This document shows positions 9,501-19,188 of a DNA stretch of 64,000 bases, piece by piece. Each line of letters starts with the position of its first letter. Position 1 is the first letter of the stretch. Both the position numbers and the translations under genes were made by a program. Where the stretch lies: contig CAVTOY010000011.1 of assembly GCA_963736445.1 (NCBI GenBank), forward strand, positions 6,339-70,338, written 5' to 3'. The notes beneath the pieces were generated by a model. That model was not told where the DNA came from, searched no databases, and saw only the letters and a program-made list of their open reading frames with translations. This stretch comes from an uncultured Gammaproteobacteria bacterium. Its GTDB lineage: Bacteria > Pseudomonadota > Gammaproteobacteria > Chromatiales > Chromatiaceae.

Positions 9501-12500
9501 GCTACTGTCGGCACGTAGCGAGGCATGGGCATAGATGACCGAGTTGGCCAGACGCCCGTAGAGTTGCGCGTCCGCCTCCGTGGCGTTGATCTGGCGCAGC
9601 ACCACCTGCGCATGGGTCCAGGCCAGCTCGAAGACACGATCAGCGAGGCGCTGATCCTGGTACTTCTCGATCAGACCCAGGGCCACGTCGCGGCTGTCGC
9701 CGATACCGTAGACCAAGTCCACGCTGACCGACTGATCCGGCTCGACGGTGATCCGACCGCGGATTGCCGCCACTGGATCCAGCACCGAGCCCTGGCTGCC
9801 GGATAGCGCCACGCCAGCGTCCATCGCCCGCGGCGCCGTGACGCTATGGCCTCGGCCGACGAAGCGCTCACGATCAGTTTCGTAGGCAAACTCGCCGACC
9901 TGCGCGTCGTGCACCGCCATCAGGTGAAACATCCAGGGCACCGGCTCGTCGTGGGAGCGAGGGCGGCGCGTGCACAGGATCGCGCGCTGCGCTTCGACGA
10001 TCTCGGTCTGCACAAACAGATTGCTGAACGCCGGATGCAGGGTGTCTGAGGCTTCCGGCGCCAGCACCACCTCCGCGTAACTGGTGACCTCGAGCGTGCG
10101 GCGAACGGCAGAAAGATTGGTGATGCGCACCCGGCGCAATTCGATGTCGTCTTCCGGGGACACGACGATTTCGGTATGGGTATCGAAATCACCGTCGCGG
10201 CGACGAAATTCCGCGCGGCCTTCCGAAAAGATCGCTTCATAGCCCTCCCCACGCGCCAAGGTCGGCTGATGTGCGGTGCTCCAGGCCGCACCGCTCTCCC
10301 CTTCGGTCGATACATCGCGCAGGTAGCAGAACGTGCCCCAGGGGTCGCGGGTGCCGTCTTCGCGCCAACGCGTCACGGCCAGATCCTGCCAGCGGCTGTA
10401 GCCGCCGCCGGCATTGGTCACCATCACATGATAGCGGCCGTTGGACAACATCTGCACTTCCGGGATCGGCGTGTCGGGACTGTCCAGCACACGTATCGGC
10501 ATCGACGGGCTTTCCACACCGGACTCGATAGCGGTGACTTCGGCGGCATGAACAAACAATGCGGAGGCCCTGGGGATCCGTTCCTGCAACAATAGCAGCG
10601 TGGCCTGGAACAGCGGGTCGGAAGCGAAGCGTTTCTGCATCGGACGGTCCAGCAGCAGATGGGCCAGGGCGAGCAGGCTCATGCCCTGATGATGGGCCAT
10701 GTAGGACCGCACCAGGGCATGTGGTTCGCCGCGACGCTGCCGTGCCGGCGTGTAGTCGATGGCCTCAAAAAAGCCAAACTGCCCTTCCGCCCCGGCGGCC
10801 GACAGCCGTTGCAGGTTCAGGCAGGCGGCCTCCGGCGCCACCATCAGCGCGAGCGCCGAGGCATAGGGCGCAACGACCAGATCCTCGACCAGCCCGCGTT
10901 TCAGCCCCAGGCCAGGCACGCCGAACGCGCGGTACTGATAGTTGAGTTGTACGTCCACGGTGTTGTAACCGGACTCGGACATCCCCCACGGTACGTCGCG
11001 CTGCTGGCCATACTGGATCTGACGCGCTACCGCGGCCCTGGCGGTCTGGTCGAGCAGCGTGTGCTCATAGGTCGGCATCACCAGCTGCGGCATCAGGTAC
11101 TCGAACATCGAGCCGCTCCACGACAGCAGGATCGGCTCACCGCCGGCGCTGGTAAGCAGGCGCCCGAGCGCAAACCAGCTCTCCTGGGGCAGTTGTGCCT
11201 GGGATATGGCGACGAAAACGCTCAAGCGGGCCTCCGAAGCGAGCAGATCGTAGTAACTCGCGTCGCGCCGCCGCTCGTCCACGTTGTAGCCGATGCTGAG
11301 CAGGTGTGAATCCTTGTCGTACAGGAAGCCGTACTCCTTGTGTGCGAGTTCGCCGGCCTGCAGGGCCAGGCGCTGGACGACCGCGATCCGGGCCTGGGCA
11401 CGCTCGCTGCCAAGTGCGATCTGTGTGCGCAGATCGGCCAGCCACGCCGCCTGTCCGGGCGTCGCCTGCGCATCCGCACGGTTGGCCAGAACGCTCGATA
11501 GCGTCAACTCGAGCCCTGCCAGCGCGCGCAGCGTCGGGATCGCATCGATCGAGGGCAGGTCGTCGAACGCGTCGGATGACTCCGCAGGCCCGCTCCACGG
11601 CGCCAGATAAATCAGTTCGTCGTGCATGGCGCGGCATTGCCGGCCCAGCTCCCCTGCCCACCAGCCCGTCTGACTCTCAGGATCGTCGCCCAGGTCGGCG
11701 GCAAGCGCCTCTGCGGATCGCATCAGTTCATCCAGCAGGCGCCGTGCTGCCGCAAGCGTTGCTGGCCGCGCACCGCGCGCGACCTCGAGAGTGTCGCGGA
11801 ATTCAACCAGCTTGGCCGGGGCGGTATCGCCCGCCTCCTCCGCCAGTATCGCCAACGTGTCGCCCAGGCCATCCAACCACCGCGGCTCCAGGATCGGGCG
11901 ATCGAGCAGATCGATCAGGCCCGGACGCAAGGTCAGCAGGTGGCCTGCCAGGTTGCCGCTATCCACGGTCGAGACATAAGCGGGATGCAGGGGCCGCAGC
12001 GATTGCGTGTCATACCAGTTGTAGAAGTGACCGCGGTGACGCTCGAGCCCGGCCATGGTATCCAGAGTACGGGCCGTGCGTTCGACCAGTTGCCCGGCCG
12101 GGATGTAGCCGAAGTCATAGGCGGACAGATTCGCCAACAGCGCCAACCCCATGTTGGTCGGCGAGGTGCGATGGGCCAGCGCGGCATCGCGGGATTCCTG
12201 GTAGTTGTCCGGCGGCAGCCAATGGTCTTCGGGGCGAACGAAGGTGTCGAAGAACGCCCAGGTCTTGCGCGCGATTCTGCCGAGGAAACGGATTTGCTCA
12301 GCCGTCAGCCGGGCCTCGCGTCGGGCCAGCGGCAGACTGATCCACCAGGCGATCAAGGGCGCAGCCAGCCACAACAGCAGGAACGGGCCCGCAAACGGAA
12401 GCGCGGCAGGATTCGCCGCCATCAAGGTCGCGGCTGTACCGATCGCTAGCAACGGGGAGAACCACATGCTGCGCAACGAGGCCGCGAGATCGTCGGACTT

Positions 12501-15473
12501 GCCTGGTCCCTGGACGTCGGTCGCTCCCAGCATCCTGCCTCCCCCGACACTTGTCCATCCCTGGACGTCGGTCGGTCCCGGCATCCTGCCTCCCCCGACA
12601 CTTGTCCATCCCTGGACGTCGGACGGATTCCATTCCAGTAGCCGTTGCCGCGTGAACAGCATGCGCCCCAGCGTGCGCAGGATGGCATCCAGGCTGTAGA
12701 ACGCCTCATGCGGCAATGTCGCCAAGACAAAGCCCGCCTGGGTGAACCGCTGGCCGGCAGCGCGCAGCGCGGCACTGAGATGCGGGCCGAGGCGCAAATC
12801 GGCTGGTTTGCGAAATACGTCCAGCAGGCTCGCCAGCACGCTGGGTATAAAGAGGACCCCAAGTACCGCCAGGGTCCACAACCAAGCCGACGAAAAAACC
12901 GTCCAGCCGAGCATCAACAACAACGTCAACGCCGCCGGTACCAGACTGCGGCGCAAATTGTCGAACAGCTTCCAGCGCGAGAGTGCCGAGAGCGGATTTT
13001 TGAGGCTCCGCCCGTTGTCTGTCCCCGGCACCCTTGGCAGCAGCCAGCCCGCGAGTTGCCAGTCACCGCGGATCCAGCGATGACGACGGTTGACATCGGC
13101 GCCATAGCGGGCCGGGTATTCTTCGTAAAGTTGCACATCACTGAGCAGTCCGGCGCGCGCATAACAGCCTTCCAGCAGATCGTGACTGAGGATCCGGTTG
13201 TCGGGAAAACGTCCTTTCAGCGCAAGTTCGAAGGCATCGACGTCGTAGATCCCCTTGCCGATGAACGAGCCCTCATGGAACAAATCCTGGTACACGTCGG
13301 AAACCGCGCGCGTATACGGGTCAATGCCCGGCTCGCCGCCGTACAAGCGCGCATAGCGCGACTGGCTGCCGACCGGAAGGCTCGCACTCACACGCGGCTG
13401 GAGTATTCCGTAGCCGGCGCGGACACGCTGCAACGTTGGGTCGTAGACCGGACGATTCAGCGGGTGCGCCATACTGGCCACGAACTGCCGCGCAGCGTTG
13501 CGCGGCAGCTGCGTGTCAGTGTCCAGGGTGATCACGTACTTCACACCCTGCAGCACCGCGGTCGCGCCGACGATCAGGGAAAAGCCGTCGCGATTGTTCT
13601 CGCGCAGTAGCAGATTCAGATCCGCCAGCTTGCCCCGTTTGCGTTCGTACCCCATCCAGACCCGGTCGTGCGGATTCCAGCGGCGCGGACGATGCAACAG
13701 AAAGAATGCGTCATTGTCGCCGCCGGCGTATTGCACATTCAGCGCGTCAATGCGTTCCTGGGCCAACGCAAGCAGCGCGGCGTCGTCGGCCAGGGATTCC
13801 TCGGCCGCATCGGCAAAGTCGGTCAACAGCCCAAAGTACAGGTTCGCGTCACGATTGGCGAGAAACCTGACTTCCAATGCCTCGACCAGTTGCTCGACAC
13901 CGTGACGGCTGGTCAGCATGGTCGGGATCACCACCAGGGCGCGTGATGCCGTCGGGATGCCGGTGGAGAAATCCATGCGCGGCAGTGGATGCGGTGATGC
14001 CAACAGCGTGGCCAACCAGTTCACAAGTGCCACTGCGAGTTGGCTGGCAGCGAGCAGTGCCAGAAGACCCAGTGTGATCCATTCCCAAGTGGCGATGCTA
14101 TCCATGGGCGCCGCTGCCAGGAGGCCTGCCGTGAGGAGCAAGGCGAGCAGCGTGATTGTGCCCAGATACCACGCCAGCGGCGTCCGGCTCGCTGCGCGCC
14201 GCAGTCCGGCGGCCGGCGGCAGGCGCACCTCGCTAACCCGCTCCAACTCTGCGCGGCCACGGTCAATCAGGTAGTAACCCACATGCGCGATCCTGCCAGG
14301 CTCCACGCCCCGGGCCGCGCCTGCTTGCGCAAGTTTGATCGCGTGACCCGCCACGATCTCCTCGGCCAGCCCGCCACTGCGCGCGATCTGTTCGATGACG
14401 TGTCGGTAGCGGTCACGGCTGGCGAAATCCATGTTGGCGTAGGCGCCGACCGGATCTGTGCGCAGGGTTTGTTCGACCCGGCTCAAGGTCTCCACGAATT
14501 CCCGCCAATCCAGCGTCCCCAGGAGACGCAGACTGCCGATGCTGTTGCTAATGGAGACCTGGTCGGCGGCCTGCTGCTGGGTACCTGACCGCACCAACTG
14601 CTCGATACTGAGGCCCGACTCGGCCAGCCGCTGCTCGATCCAGGTCAACGGCAGGGCCAGAGCAGCCCCCTGCCCCTGCAGGCGACGCGCCAGCTCCGAC
14701 ACAAACGGCGCGGTCATGGGAGGACTCGAACGGGCCATGTCGGCAATCACGAGGATCAGACTCTTCGGATCCTCGCGAGCGATCTCCGTCAGTCGGCTCG
14801 CCCAGACCAGTGCCAGGTCTCGATCAGCGCTGCCGGCGGCAATGCGTACCGCGACGCGGCGCAGGTTCTCGATCAACGCAAGGCGCAGCATGATCGGGAT
14901 TGCCCACAACTCGCCCAAGCGCAACGCGGTCACCGTCTGGTACGCAGCGACAAAGCGGCTGAGGTTGTCCGGGTCCACCCGCCCGTCACCGTGCGCGATC
15001 GTCTCCAGGGCGATGTCATACACGCGCGGCAACCCGGCCGAAGCCCCAACGTCCAGCGCCGGCAACTCACGACTGTAGCCCTTGGGCAGGTGGCGCCTGG
15101 CCGTGCGGATCTGCTCTTCGACGAGATAGAAGTTGTCGAGCAGCCACTCTCCGGCGGGCGTGACCTGGTGCTTCGCAGTCACTACGGTCGTCAGCCGGTC
15201 GCAGGTCTGGGTCAGCACGCTTTCGTTTTCGGCCAGCCGCGCCAGCAACCGGTCGGGGACACGTCCCGGCGTCACGCTGTGCGCCGATGCAAAGCGTGCG
15301 CCGTGTTGCTCCATCTGATCGGCGCTGAACAGCTCCGCGCGCAGCGGTGGCTCATCATCAAAAGGCATGGCCCGCGCAGCGCTCGCCCCATGTGGCAAAA
15401 CTGTGGTCGCTCTATTGGCCCGGCGCCAATGCCGCAGCGCATCGGCGGACGCCGCTCTCCATGTCGATCTCAC
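6546..15473 (-). CDS. ndvB: Cyclic beta-1,2-glucan synthase/phosphorylase (Cgs/NdvB/ChvB; glycosyltransferase plus GH94 domain)
   Basis: 2975 aa; WMGYERKRGKL, YVITLDTDT, SHDLLEG, RRHRWIRGDWQ, HRTSPTNMG, SWSGSMFEYLMP; GH94 motifs YYQSGGAFGFRDQLQD, GDWNDGMN, ENGGQYTH and GGWTWYTGSAGW. Confidence 0.95.
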   Translation of the reverse strand: MRSTWRAASADALRHWRRANRATTVLPHGASAARAMPFDDEPPLRAELFSADQMEQHGARFASAHSVTPGRVPDRLLARLAENESVLTQTCDRLTTVVTAKHQVTPAGEWLLDNFYLVEEQIRTARRHLPKGYSRELPALDVGASAGLPRVYDIALETIAHGDGRVDPDNLSRFVAAYQTVTALRLGELWAIPIMLRLALIENLRRVAVRIAAGSADRDLALVWASRLTEIAREDPKSLILVIADMARSSPPMTAPFVSELARRLQGQGAALALPLTWIEQRLAESGLSIEQLVRSGTQQQAADQVSISNSIGSLRLLGTLDWREFVETLSRVEQTLRTDPVGAYANMDFASRDRYRHVIEQIARSGGLAEEIVAGHAIKLAQAGAARGVEPGRIAHVGYYLIDRGRAELERVSEVRLPPAAGLRRAASRTPLAWYLGTITLLALLLTAGLLAAAPMDSIATWEWITLGLLALLAASQLAVALVNWLATLLASPHPLPRMDFSTGIPTASRALVVIPTMLTSRHGVEQLVEALEVRFLANRDANLYFGLLTDFADAAEESLADDAALLALAQERIDALNVQYAGGDNDAFFLLHRPRRWNPHDRVWMGYERKRGKLADLNLLLRENNRDGFSLIVGATAVLQGVKYVITLDTDTQLPRNAARQFVASMAHPLNRPVYDPTLQRVRAGYGILQPRVSASLPVGSQSRYARLYGGEPGIDPYTRAVSDVYQDLFHEGSFIGKGIYDVDAFELALKGRFPDNRILSHDLLEGCYARAGLLSDVQLYEEYPARYGADVNRRHRWIRGDWQLAGWLLPRVPGTDNGRSLKNPLSALSRWKLFDNLRRSLVPAALTLLLMLGWTVFSSAWLWTLAVLGVLFIPSVLASLLDVFRKPADLRLGPHLSAALRAAGQRFTQAGFVLATLPHEAFYSLDAILRTLGRMLFTRQRLLEWNPSDVQGWTSVGGGRMPGPTDVQGWTSVGGGRMLGATDVQGPGKSDDLAASLRSMWFSPLLAIGTAATLMAANPAALPFAGPFLLLWLAAPLIAWWISLPLARREARLTAEQIRFLGRIARKTWAFFDTFVRPEDHWLPPDNYQESRDAALAHRTSPTNMGLALLANLSAYDFGYIPAGQLVERTARTLDTMAGLERHRGHFYNWYDTQSLRPLHPAYVSTVDSGNLAGHLLTLRPGLIDLLDRPILEPRWLDGLGDTLAILAEEAGDTAPAKLVEFRDTLEVARGARPATLAAARRLLDELMRSAEALAADLGDDPESQTGWWAGELGRQCRAMHDELIYLAPWSGPAESSDAFDDLPSIDAIPTLRALAGLELTLSSVLANRADAQATPGQAAWLADLRTQIALGSERAQARIAVVQRLALQAGELAHKEYGFLYDKDSHLLSIGYNVDERRRDASYYDLLASEARLSVFVAISQAQLPQESWFALGRLLTSAGGEPILLSWSGSMFEYLMPQLVMPTYEHTLLDQTARAAVARQIQYGQQRDVPWGMSESGYNTVDVQLNYQYRAFGVPGLGLKRGLVEDLVVAPYASALALMVAPEAACLNLQRLSAAGAEGQFGFFEAIDYTPARQRRGEPHALVRSYMAHHQGMSLLALAHLLLDRPMQKRFASDPLFQATLLLLQERIPRASALFVHAAEVTAIESGVESPSMPIRVLDSPDTPIPEVQMLSNGRYHVMVTNAGGGYSRWQDLAVTRWREDGTRDPWGTFCYLRDVSTEGESGAAWSTAHQPTLARGEGYEAIFSEGRAEFRRRDGDFDTHTEIVVSPEDDIELRRVRITNLSAVRRTLEVTSYAEVVLAPEASDTLHPAFSNLFVQTEIVEAQRAILCTRRPRSHDEPVPWMFHLMAVHDAQVGEFAYETDRERFVGRGHSVTAPRAMDAGVALSGSQGSVLDPVAAIRGRITVEPDQSVSVDLVYGIGDSRDVALGLIEKYQDQRLADRVFELAWTHAQVVLRQINATEADAQLYGRLANSVIYAHASLRADSSVLMRNRRGQSGLWGYAISGDLPIVLLRIGDLANIELVRQLIQAHAYWRLKGLAVDLVIWNEDRAGYRQVLQDQILGLVAVGLETQAMDRPGGIFVRSVEQISEEDRTLFQTVARVILSDSRGTLAEQVNRPVPPGVRVLRLTPSRPRQDEAPAAFEPPPRDLILSNGIGGFTPDGREYVITTEPGKITPAPWVNVLANAHFGSVLSESGQAYTWGENAHEFRLTPWHNDPVTDASGEAFYLRDEESGHFWSPTPLPRRGATPYVSRHGFGYSVFEHTEGGIHTELWVYIALDAAVKFSVLKVRNTSGRPRRLSATGYVEWVLGDLRPKSAMHVTTEVDPYSGAVYARNPYNTDFPDRVAFFDVDDANRTVSCDRAEFIGRNRSLENPAAMTYTHLSGRIGSGLDPCAAMQVAFDLADAQERQITFRLGLGGVPGGDDAHQLVHRLRGADAARRALEAVWQYWNHTLGAVQVETPDQSLNVLANGWLLYQTLACRLWARSGYYQSGGAFGFRDQLQDAMALVHSEPRLLRAQLLLCAGRQFPEGDVQHWWHPPSGRGVRTHCSDDYLWLALATCRYVQSTGDTGVLDEPIGYLEGRPLNPEDDSYYDLPGHTEATASLYQHCVQAIRHGLVFGAHGLPLIGSGDWNDGMNRVGIEGKGESVWLGFFLFEVLRRFGALARLHDDTAFAEMCEVEGRRLGENIEQHAWDGAWYRRAWFDDGTPLGSASNSECRIDSISQSWAVLSGAGTAERVRMAMGAVDEHLVRREHALVQLLDPPFDKSDMDPGYIKGYVPGVRENGGQYTHGAIWTAMAFAALGDSGRAWKLTTMINPANHAKSQDAIATYKVEPYVMAADVYAVAPHTGRGGWTWYTGSAGWMYRLILESLLGLRLETDRLHVTPCLPAHWEGLKIHYRYRETVYHIAISQTPAGEDQKGGVTSVTVDGVELDGQAIPLVDDRQEHAVAVRVLVNATADVCDVPAVAGHHPA
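12507..12622. repeat. About 2.3 tandem copies of a 51-bp palindrome-containing element, in frame within cgs
   Basis: Units start at 12507, 12558 and 12609; encode DVQGWTSVGGGRM[P/L]G[P/A]T; internal hairpin GTCCA-TCCC-TGGAC. Confidence 0.9.
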
Positions 15474-15609
15474 GCCGTATTCCTTTTCTCGTTCTCGTTC
15501 GCGCCAAACAGAAGATGTAACAAGAGGCTGCGAGCTGCGATGCCGAATTGAACCATGTCAGCGGCGGTTTTCTTGCATGAACCTGTCCGCGCCCGGCGGC
15601 GCGAGCACT

Positions 15610-15885
15610 TCAAAAATCAACCGCTGACAGCACATAAGCGTAATCGCCTTTACCCTGGCCACCACGAGCGTAGAGCTTTTCGGCAACCTCATGAATCCGA
15701 TCCCGTGCCTCGTCAAACGTCTTCAGAAATTCCTTTTCGGCCGCATCCGATTCCGGCCTCAGTCGCCGCAGCGCTTCCACCTCCACGAAGAATGAAACCT
15801 CGATCGCACGATCGTATCCCCAGAACCGGACGCGATTGGTGCTCTCATCGAAACTGCGGCTCGGGTTCGGAAAGTCCAATTTCAT
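15610..15885 (-). CDS. DUF1488 family protein
   Basis: MKLDFPNPSRSFDE..RVRFWGYD.AIEVSFFVE..AL...FDEARDRIHEVA pattern. Confidence 0.8.
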   Translation of the reverse strand: MKLDFPNPSRSFDESTNRVRFWGYDRAIEVSFFVEVEALRRLRPESDAAEKEFLKTFDEARDRIHEVAEKLYARGGQGKGDYAYVLSAVDF

Positions 15886-16038
15886 CTACGCACACTCCCA
15901 TTCAGGGTCGAAAAAAGCTACGAGGTGCGCACCGGCAAGGTGATGTACGACGGGACCGGCGACTCGTTATCTTGTCCTGACGCGAAGTGGCAGGCGTTGC
16001 GCAACCGCTACAGTTTACGCGTCATCCTGCGGGATTTC

Positions 16039-16054
16039 CGTGCGCTAGCGTACA
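16039..16054. promoter_or_regulatory. CRP-like palindrome CGTGCG-CTAG-CGTACA
   Basis: Lies in the divergent intergenic region between DUF1488/cgs and the gene at 16372. Confidence 0.5.
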
Positions 16055-16371
16055 TACCTGGCAGCAATGATCAACCTGCGGGTTCCGCATCACGACAGGG
16101 ACCTAATCATCTGAAAGGAACAACGCGCACAATGCCGTGCCGCGCGATACCCATACCCTATTCCCTTAGCGCCTAGCTGGCGCACCTGCGCCTCCCTTAT
16201 CAGTTAATGTGATGAGCTATTGCGCTGGGATACGCCTAGAGTGGTCCCACAATCATCGCCGTATCCCGAGTCCTGCAACGGCTTGTCGGGACATGCGATG
16301 AAGCCTGCGCAGGCAACGACGCATGAAGCATCGCCGCATCAGCGTCCGGCGATTATCGAGAGGACATCATC

Positions 16372-16689
16372 ATGTTAAAGAATTCACTGTCGCGCACAAC
16401 GCCCACCATCCGCTTCGAGTACGCGAACTGGGTCGCCACGGATGCGCTGCCGCGCGATCGCGCACAAAGCCGGCGCTTGCACGAACCCGACTACCGCATC
16501 GATACCATCGACCCCATGACCGGCGAGAACATTCCAGACATCAAGGGACATCCCAGCGTGGTGGACGGCAACCTAACCATCTATTTCGCCACCGAGGCGA
16601 CCCGTAAGGCGTATCTCGATATGCCGTTGAACCATCCCAACCTCCGCGTGCCGTTCGCCGCCACAGACGAGGACGATCGTGGCGGCTGA
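16372..16689 (+). CDS. Hypothetical protein with a Cys-less YHS/TRASH-like motif
   Basis: GAGGA RBS; IDPMTGE...DGNLTIYFATEATRKAYLDMP. Confidence 0.7.
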   Translation: MLKNSLSRTTPTIRFEYANWVATDALPRDRAQSRRLHEPDYRIDTIDPMTGENIPDIKGHPSVVDGNLTIYFATEATRKAYLDMPLNHPNLRVPFAATDEDDRGG

Positions 16690-16949
16690 ACCCGCAAGAC
16701 CTAAGCGTACACACGACAATCGCTCGGTTCGCTGTCATCACTGTCGCAAACAGTGACTGCAGCTCTGGTTGGGATGGACTCATCCCTGATGAGGCCGAAG
16801 CTGCATCTGGAAGGACTGCATCTATCGCCAGCGTGAACAACTGGCGAGTTTGCGGCTCGTGCTCCATGTGGACTGCCGTACAGGCCCCAGCCATGTAGCT
16901 GTCGTACAAACGCTCATTAACCGCAGACCACTCGAGGATTTGCTACGAC

Positions 16950-17114
16950 ATGACCGAAGAAGAGAAAAAACTCTTGAAGCGATACGACATCACAGTCGGG
17001 CAGAAGAGCGTGTATTTTTATAAGGGTTACGAATACGAACACTTCAAGGACGCTGTGAATTATGCCAGGATCGAGTTCGGCCGGCGGCACGCCCCGGGTG
17101 AGCCCTCGACCTGA
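16950..17114 (+). CDS. Small hypothetical protein (54 aa), not in the ORF track
   Basis: GAGGA upstream; MTEEEKKLLKRYDITVGQKSVYFYKGYEYEHFKDAVNYARIEFGRRHAPGEPST*. Confidence 0.65.
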   Translation: MTEEEKKLLKRYDITVGQKSVYFYKGYEYEHFKDAVNYARIEFGRRHAPGEPST

Positions 17115-17201
17115 AAAGACCGGTTGCCGAAAACGCTTGAGGTCAGGCTCCGTTGATCCGGTAAATCGTTGCTTTTTGCAAGCGATCAATCGCTTCGGCC
17201 C

Positions 17202-18191
17202 CTATCGATTGTCATGCCAGTGGGGGGAGACTGATTCGTCGCCCATCAACGAATAGGCCGGCTTCCCACTCGACTCGTAAAAGGTGCGTGCCAGCAACTC
17301 CGCCAATACGCCGGTTGTCAGGAATTGTGCCGAAGCGATCAGACACAGCACGCCCACGGTAAACAAAGGCCGATCCCCAATGGATTCACCGAGGCCGAAT
17401 TTCACTACGCTCAGGTAGGCCATGATCACGCTACCCAGGGCGCCGAGAATGAGCCCGATACTGCCGAAGAAGTGCCCCGGGCGGGCCCGGTAACGCAAAA
17501 AAAAGAACACCGCGAGGAGGTCGAGAGTCACTCGGAATGTGCGCGAGATACCGTATTTCGAAAGGCCGGCCGCCCTCGGATGATGCGCTACCACGGTCTC
17601 CCCAATGCGTGTCGGACTGGTTACCGTGGCCACCCACACCGGGATGAAGCGGTGCATCTCACCAAACAAGCGGATCTTCTTTATTACTTCGGCACGATAG
17701 ACCTTGAGACTGCAGCCATAATCGTTGAGTGCCACGCCGCTTACCTTGGCGATCAGCTTATTGGCAATTCTCGACGGGAGCTTACGCATTAGAAGGGCGT
17801 CCTTGCGGATCTTGCGCCAGCCCTGCAGGAGGTCGAGCCCGCGTTCCCGGAGCTCTTTCACCATACGCGGAATATCTGCCGGATCATTCTGTAGATCGCC
17901 GTCCAGCGTGGCGATGAATTCACCCCTGGCCGCATCGATACCCGCCTGCATAGCGGCACTCTGCCCGAAGTTTCGACTCAGCCTCAGGGGTTTGACGTGC
18001 TCGCCGTGCTCCAGCACCGCCTCGCGCAGGCGGGCCCAGGTAGCGTCGGTGCTGCCATCGTCAATACAGATCAACTCCCAGGGCATCCCAAGGTCATGCA
18101 GACCCGCATGGATCCGGACGATCAAGGTGTGCACATTCTCCTGCTCCTCATAGAGCGGGACCACGATCGATAGCGTACCGGCCGCCTGCAT
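17202..18191 (-). CDS. GT2 polyprenyl-phosphate glycosyltransferase (ArnC/GtrB-like)
   Basis: IDDGSTD, RNFGQSAA, TLDGDLQNDP, FGEMHRFIP and two C-terminal TM helices. Confidence 0.93.
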   Translation of the reverse strand: MQAAGTLSIVVPLYEEQENVHTLIVRIHAGLHDLGMPWELICIDDGSTDATWARLREAVLEHGEHVKPLRLSRNFGQSAAMQAGIDAARGEFIATLDGDLQNDPADIPRMVKELRERGLDLLQGWRKIRKDALLMRKLPSRIANKLIAKVSGVALNDYGCSLKVYRAEVIKKIRLFGEMHRFIPVWVATVTSPTRIGETVVAHHPRAAGLSKYGISRTFRVTLDLLAVFFFLRYRARPGHFFGSIGLILGALGSVIMAYLSVVKFGLGESIGDRPLFTVGVLCLIASAQFLTTGVLAELLARTFYESSGKPAYSLMGDESVSPHWHDNR

Positions 18192-18233
18192 GATTACACC
18201 AGGAAAAAAAGCATCGCCGTCAATCGGGGCACC

Positions 18234-19181
18234 TTAGGGCGACCCCCTGCCGCCGATTCTGAAGACCAGCACCAGCGCCGCAAAGGCCAAGGTGCACGCA
18301 AGGAGGAACAGATGCAGATTGACCGCAGCACTGAGCAGGGCGTCGTGTGGTACATGAACCCATTGACTGCCGATCACCATCGCAAACTCATAGCTGCCGA
18401 AGCCGGCCAGGCCCTGCACAGGTAGCGCATTGCTTACCTCGGCGGCGATCACGCCGGGGACCAGGCTGACCACCGGGACGTCGATGAAAAAACCGGCGAC
18501 GCTGACGAACGCGCCGAGTTTCAGCGCCCAGGTCAATAGCGTCCAGGATAACAGGCGCAGGTACAGCCCATAGCGATCCGGTAATCCACCCAGCAGTACA
18601 CGTAACGCACGCGCGACTCTGCCGTGGTTTTCGCGGACGAGCCCCAGGACCGTGGACTTGAACGGATGCAGCATCAACGGCGGCACCGGGAGTACCACCA
18701 CGAGCAGCCAAAGCCAGCTGCCGAGATGCCAGGCGGCCGCCATCACGCCGAGCCACAGCAGTATCCAAAGATCGGCAAACCTCAACCAGATTAGGTCTGC
18801 CGTGCTTTCGAGATAGCGCCGACCAAATAGCCGCTTCATCAGCAGCGGGAAGGCCGCCTCACCCGAGCGCATTGGCAAGATGTTCAGCATGGCCGTGTGC
18901 AATACGGTAATGCGCAAATAGCGACCGAAAGGGCCGTCGAGATGGGCGCGGTAGAAGTCTCGCAACCGCAACGCCCGGGTCAGATAGCTGAGCGCCGTCA
19001 ACATGACCAGCAGCACCAGTTCCGCGACTGGAAAACGCGCCCAGGGCCTCAGGACTTCCGCCAAACCAATCCGTCGCTCAATCCACCAGGCAAGCCCCGC
19101 CAGCATCAAGAGCATCGTCAGCCATTTCAGTACCGGGCCCGGGCTAACGCTCATCAGAGTCTCTATGAAGTTAAATTGCAT
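18234..19181 (-). CDS. UPF0104 / LPG-synthase-TM flippase-like membrane protein
   Basis: NILPMRSGE, LPVQGLAGFGSYE, multiple TM segments; start at MQFNF. Confidence 0.85.
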   Translation of the reverse strand: MQFNFIETLMSVSPGPVLKWLTMLLMLAGLAWWIERRIGLAEVLRPWARFPVAELVLLVMLTALSYLTRALRLRDFYRAHLDGPFGRYLRITVLHTAMLNILPMRSGEAAFPLLMKRLFGRRYLESTADLIWLRFADLWILLWLGVMAAAWHLGSWLWLLVVVLPVPPLMLHPFKSTVLGLVRENHGRVARALRVLLGGLPDRYGLYLRLLSWTLLTWALKLGAFVSVAGFFIDVPVVSLVPGVIAAEVSNALPVQGLAGFGSYEFAMVIGSQWVHVPHDALLSAAVNLHLFLLACTLAFAALVLVFRIGGRGSP

Positions 19182-19188
19182 AGTGCTG

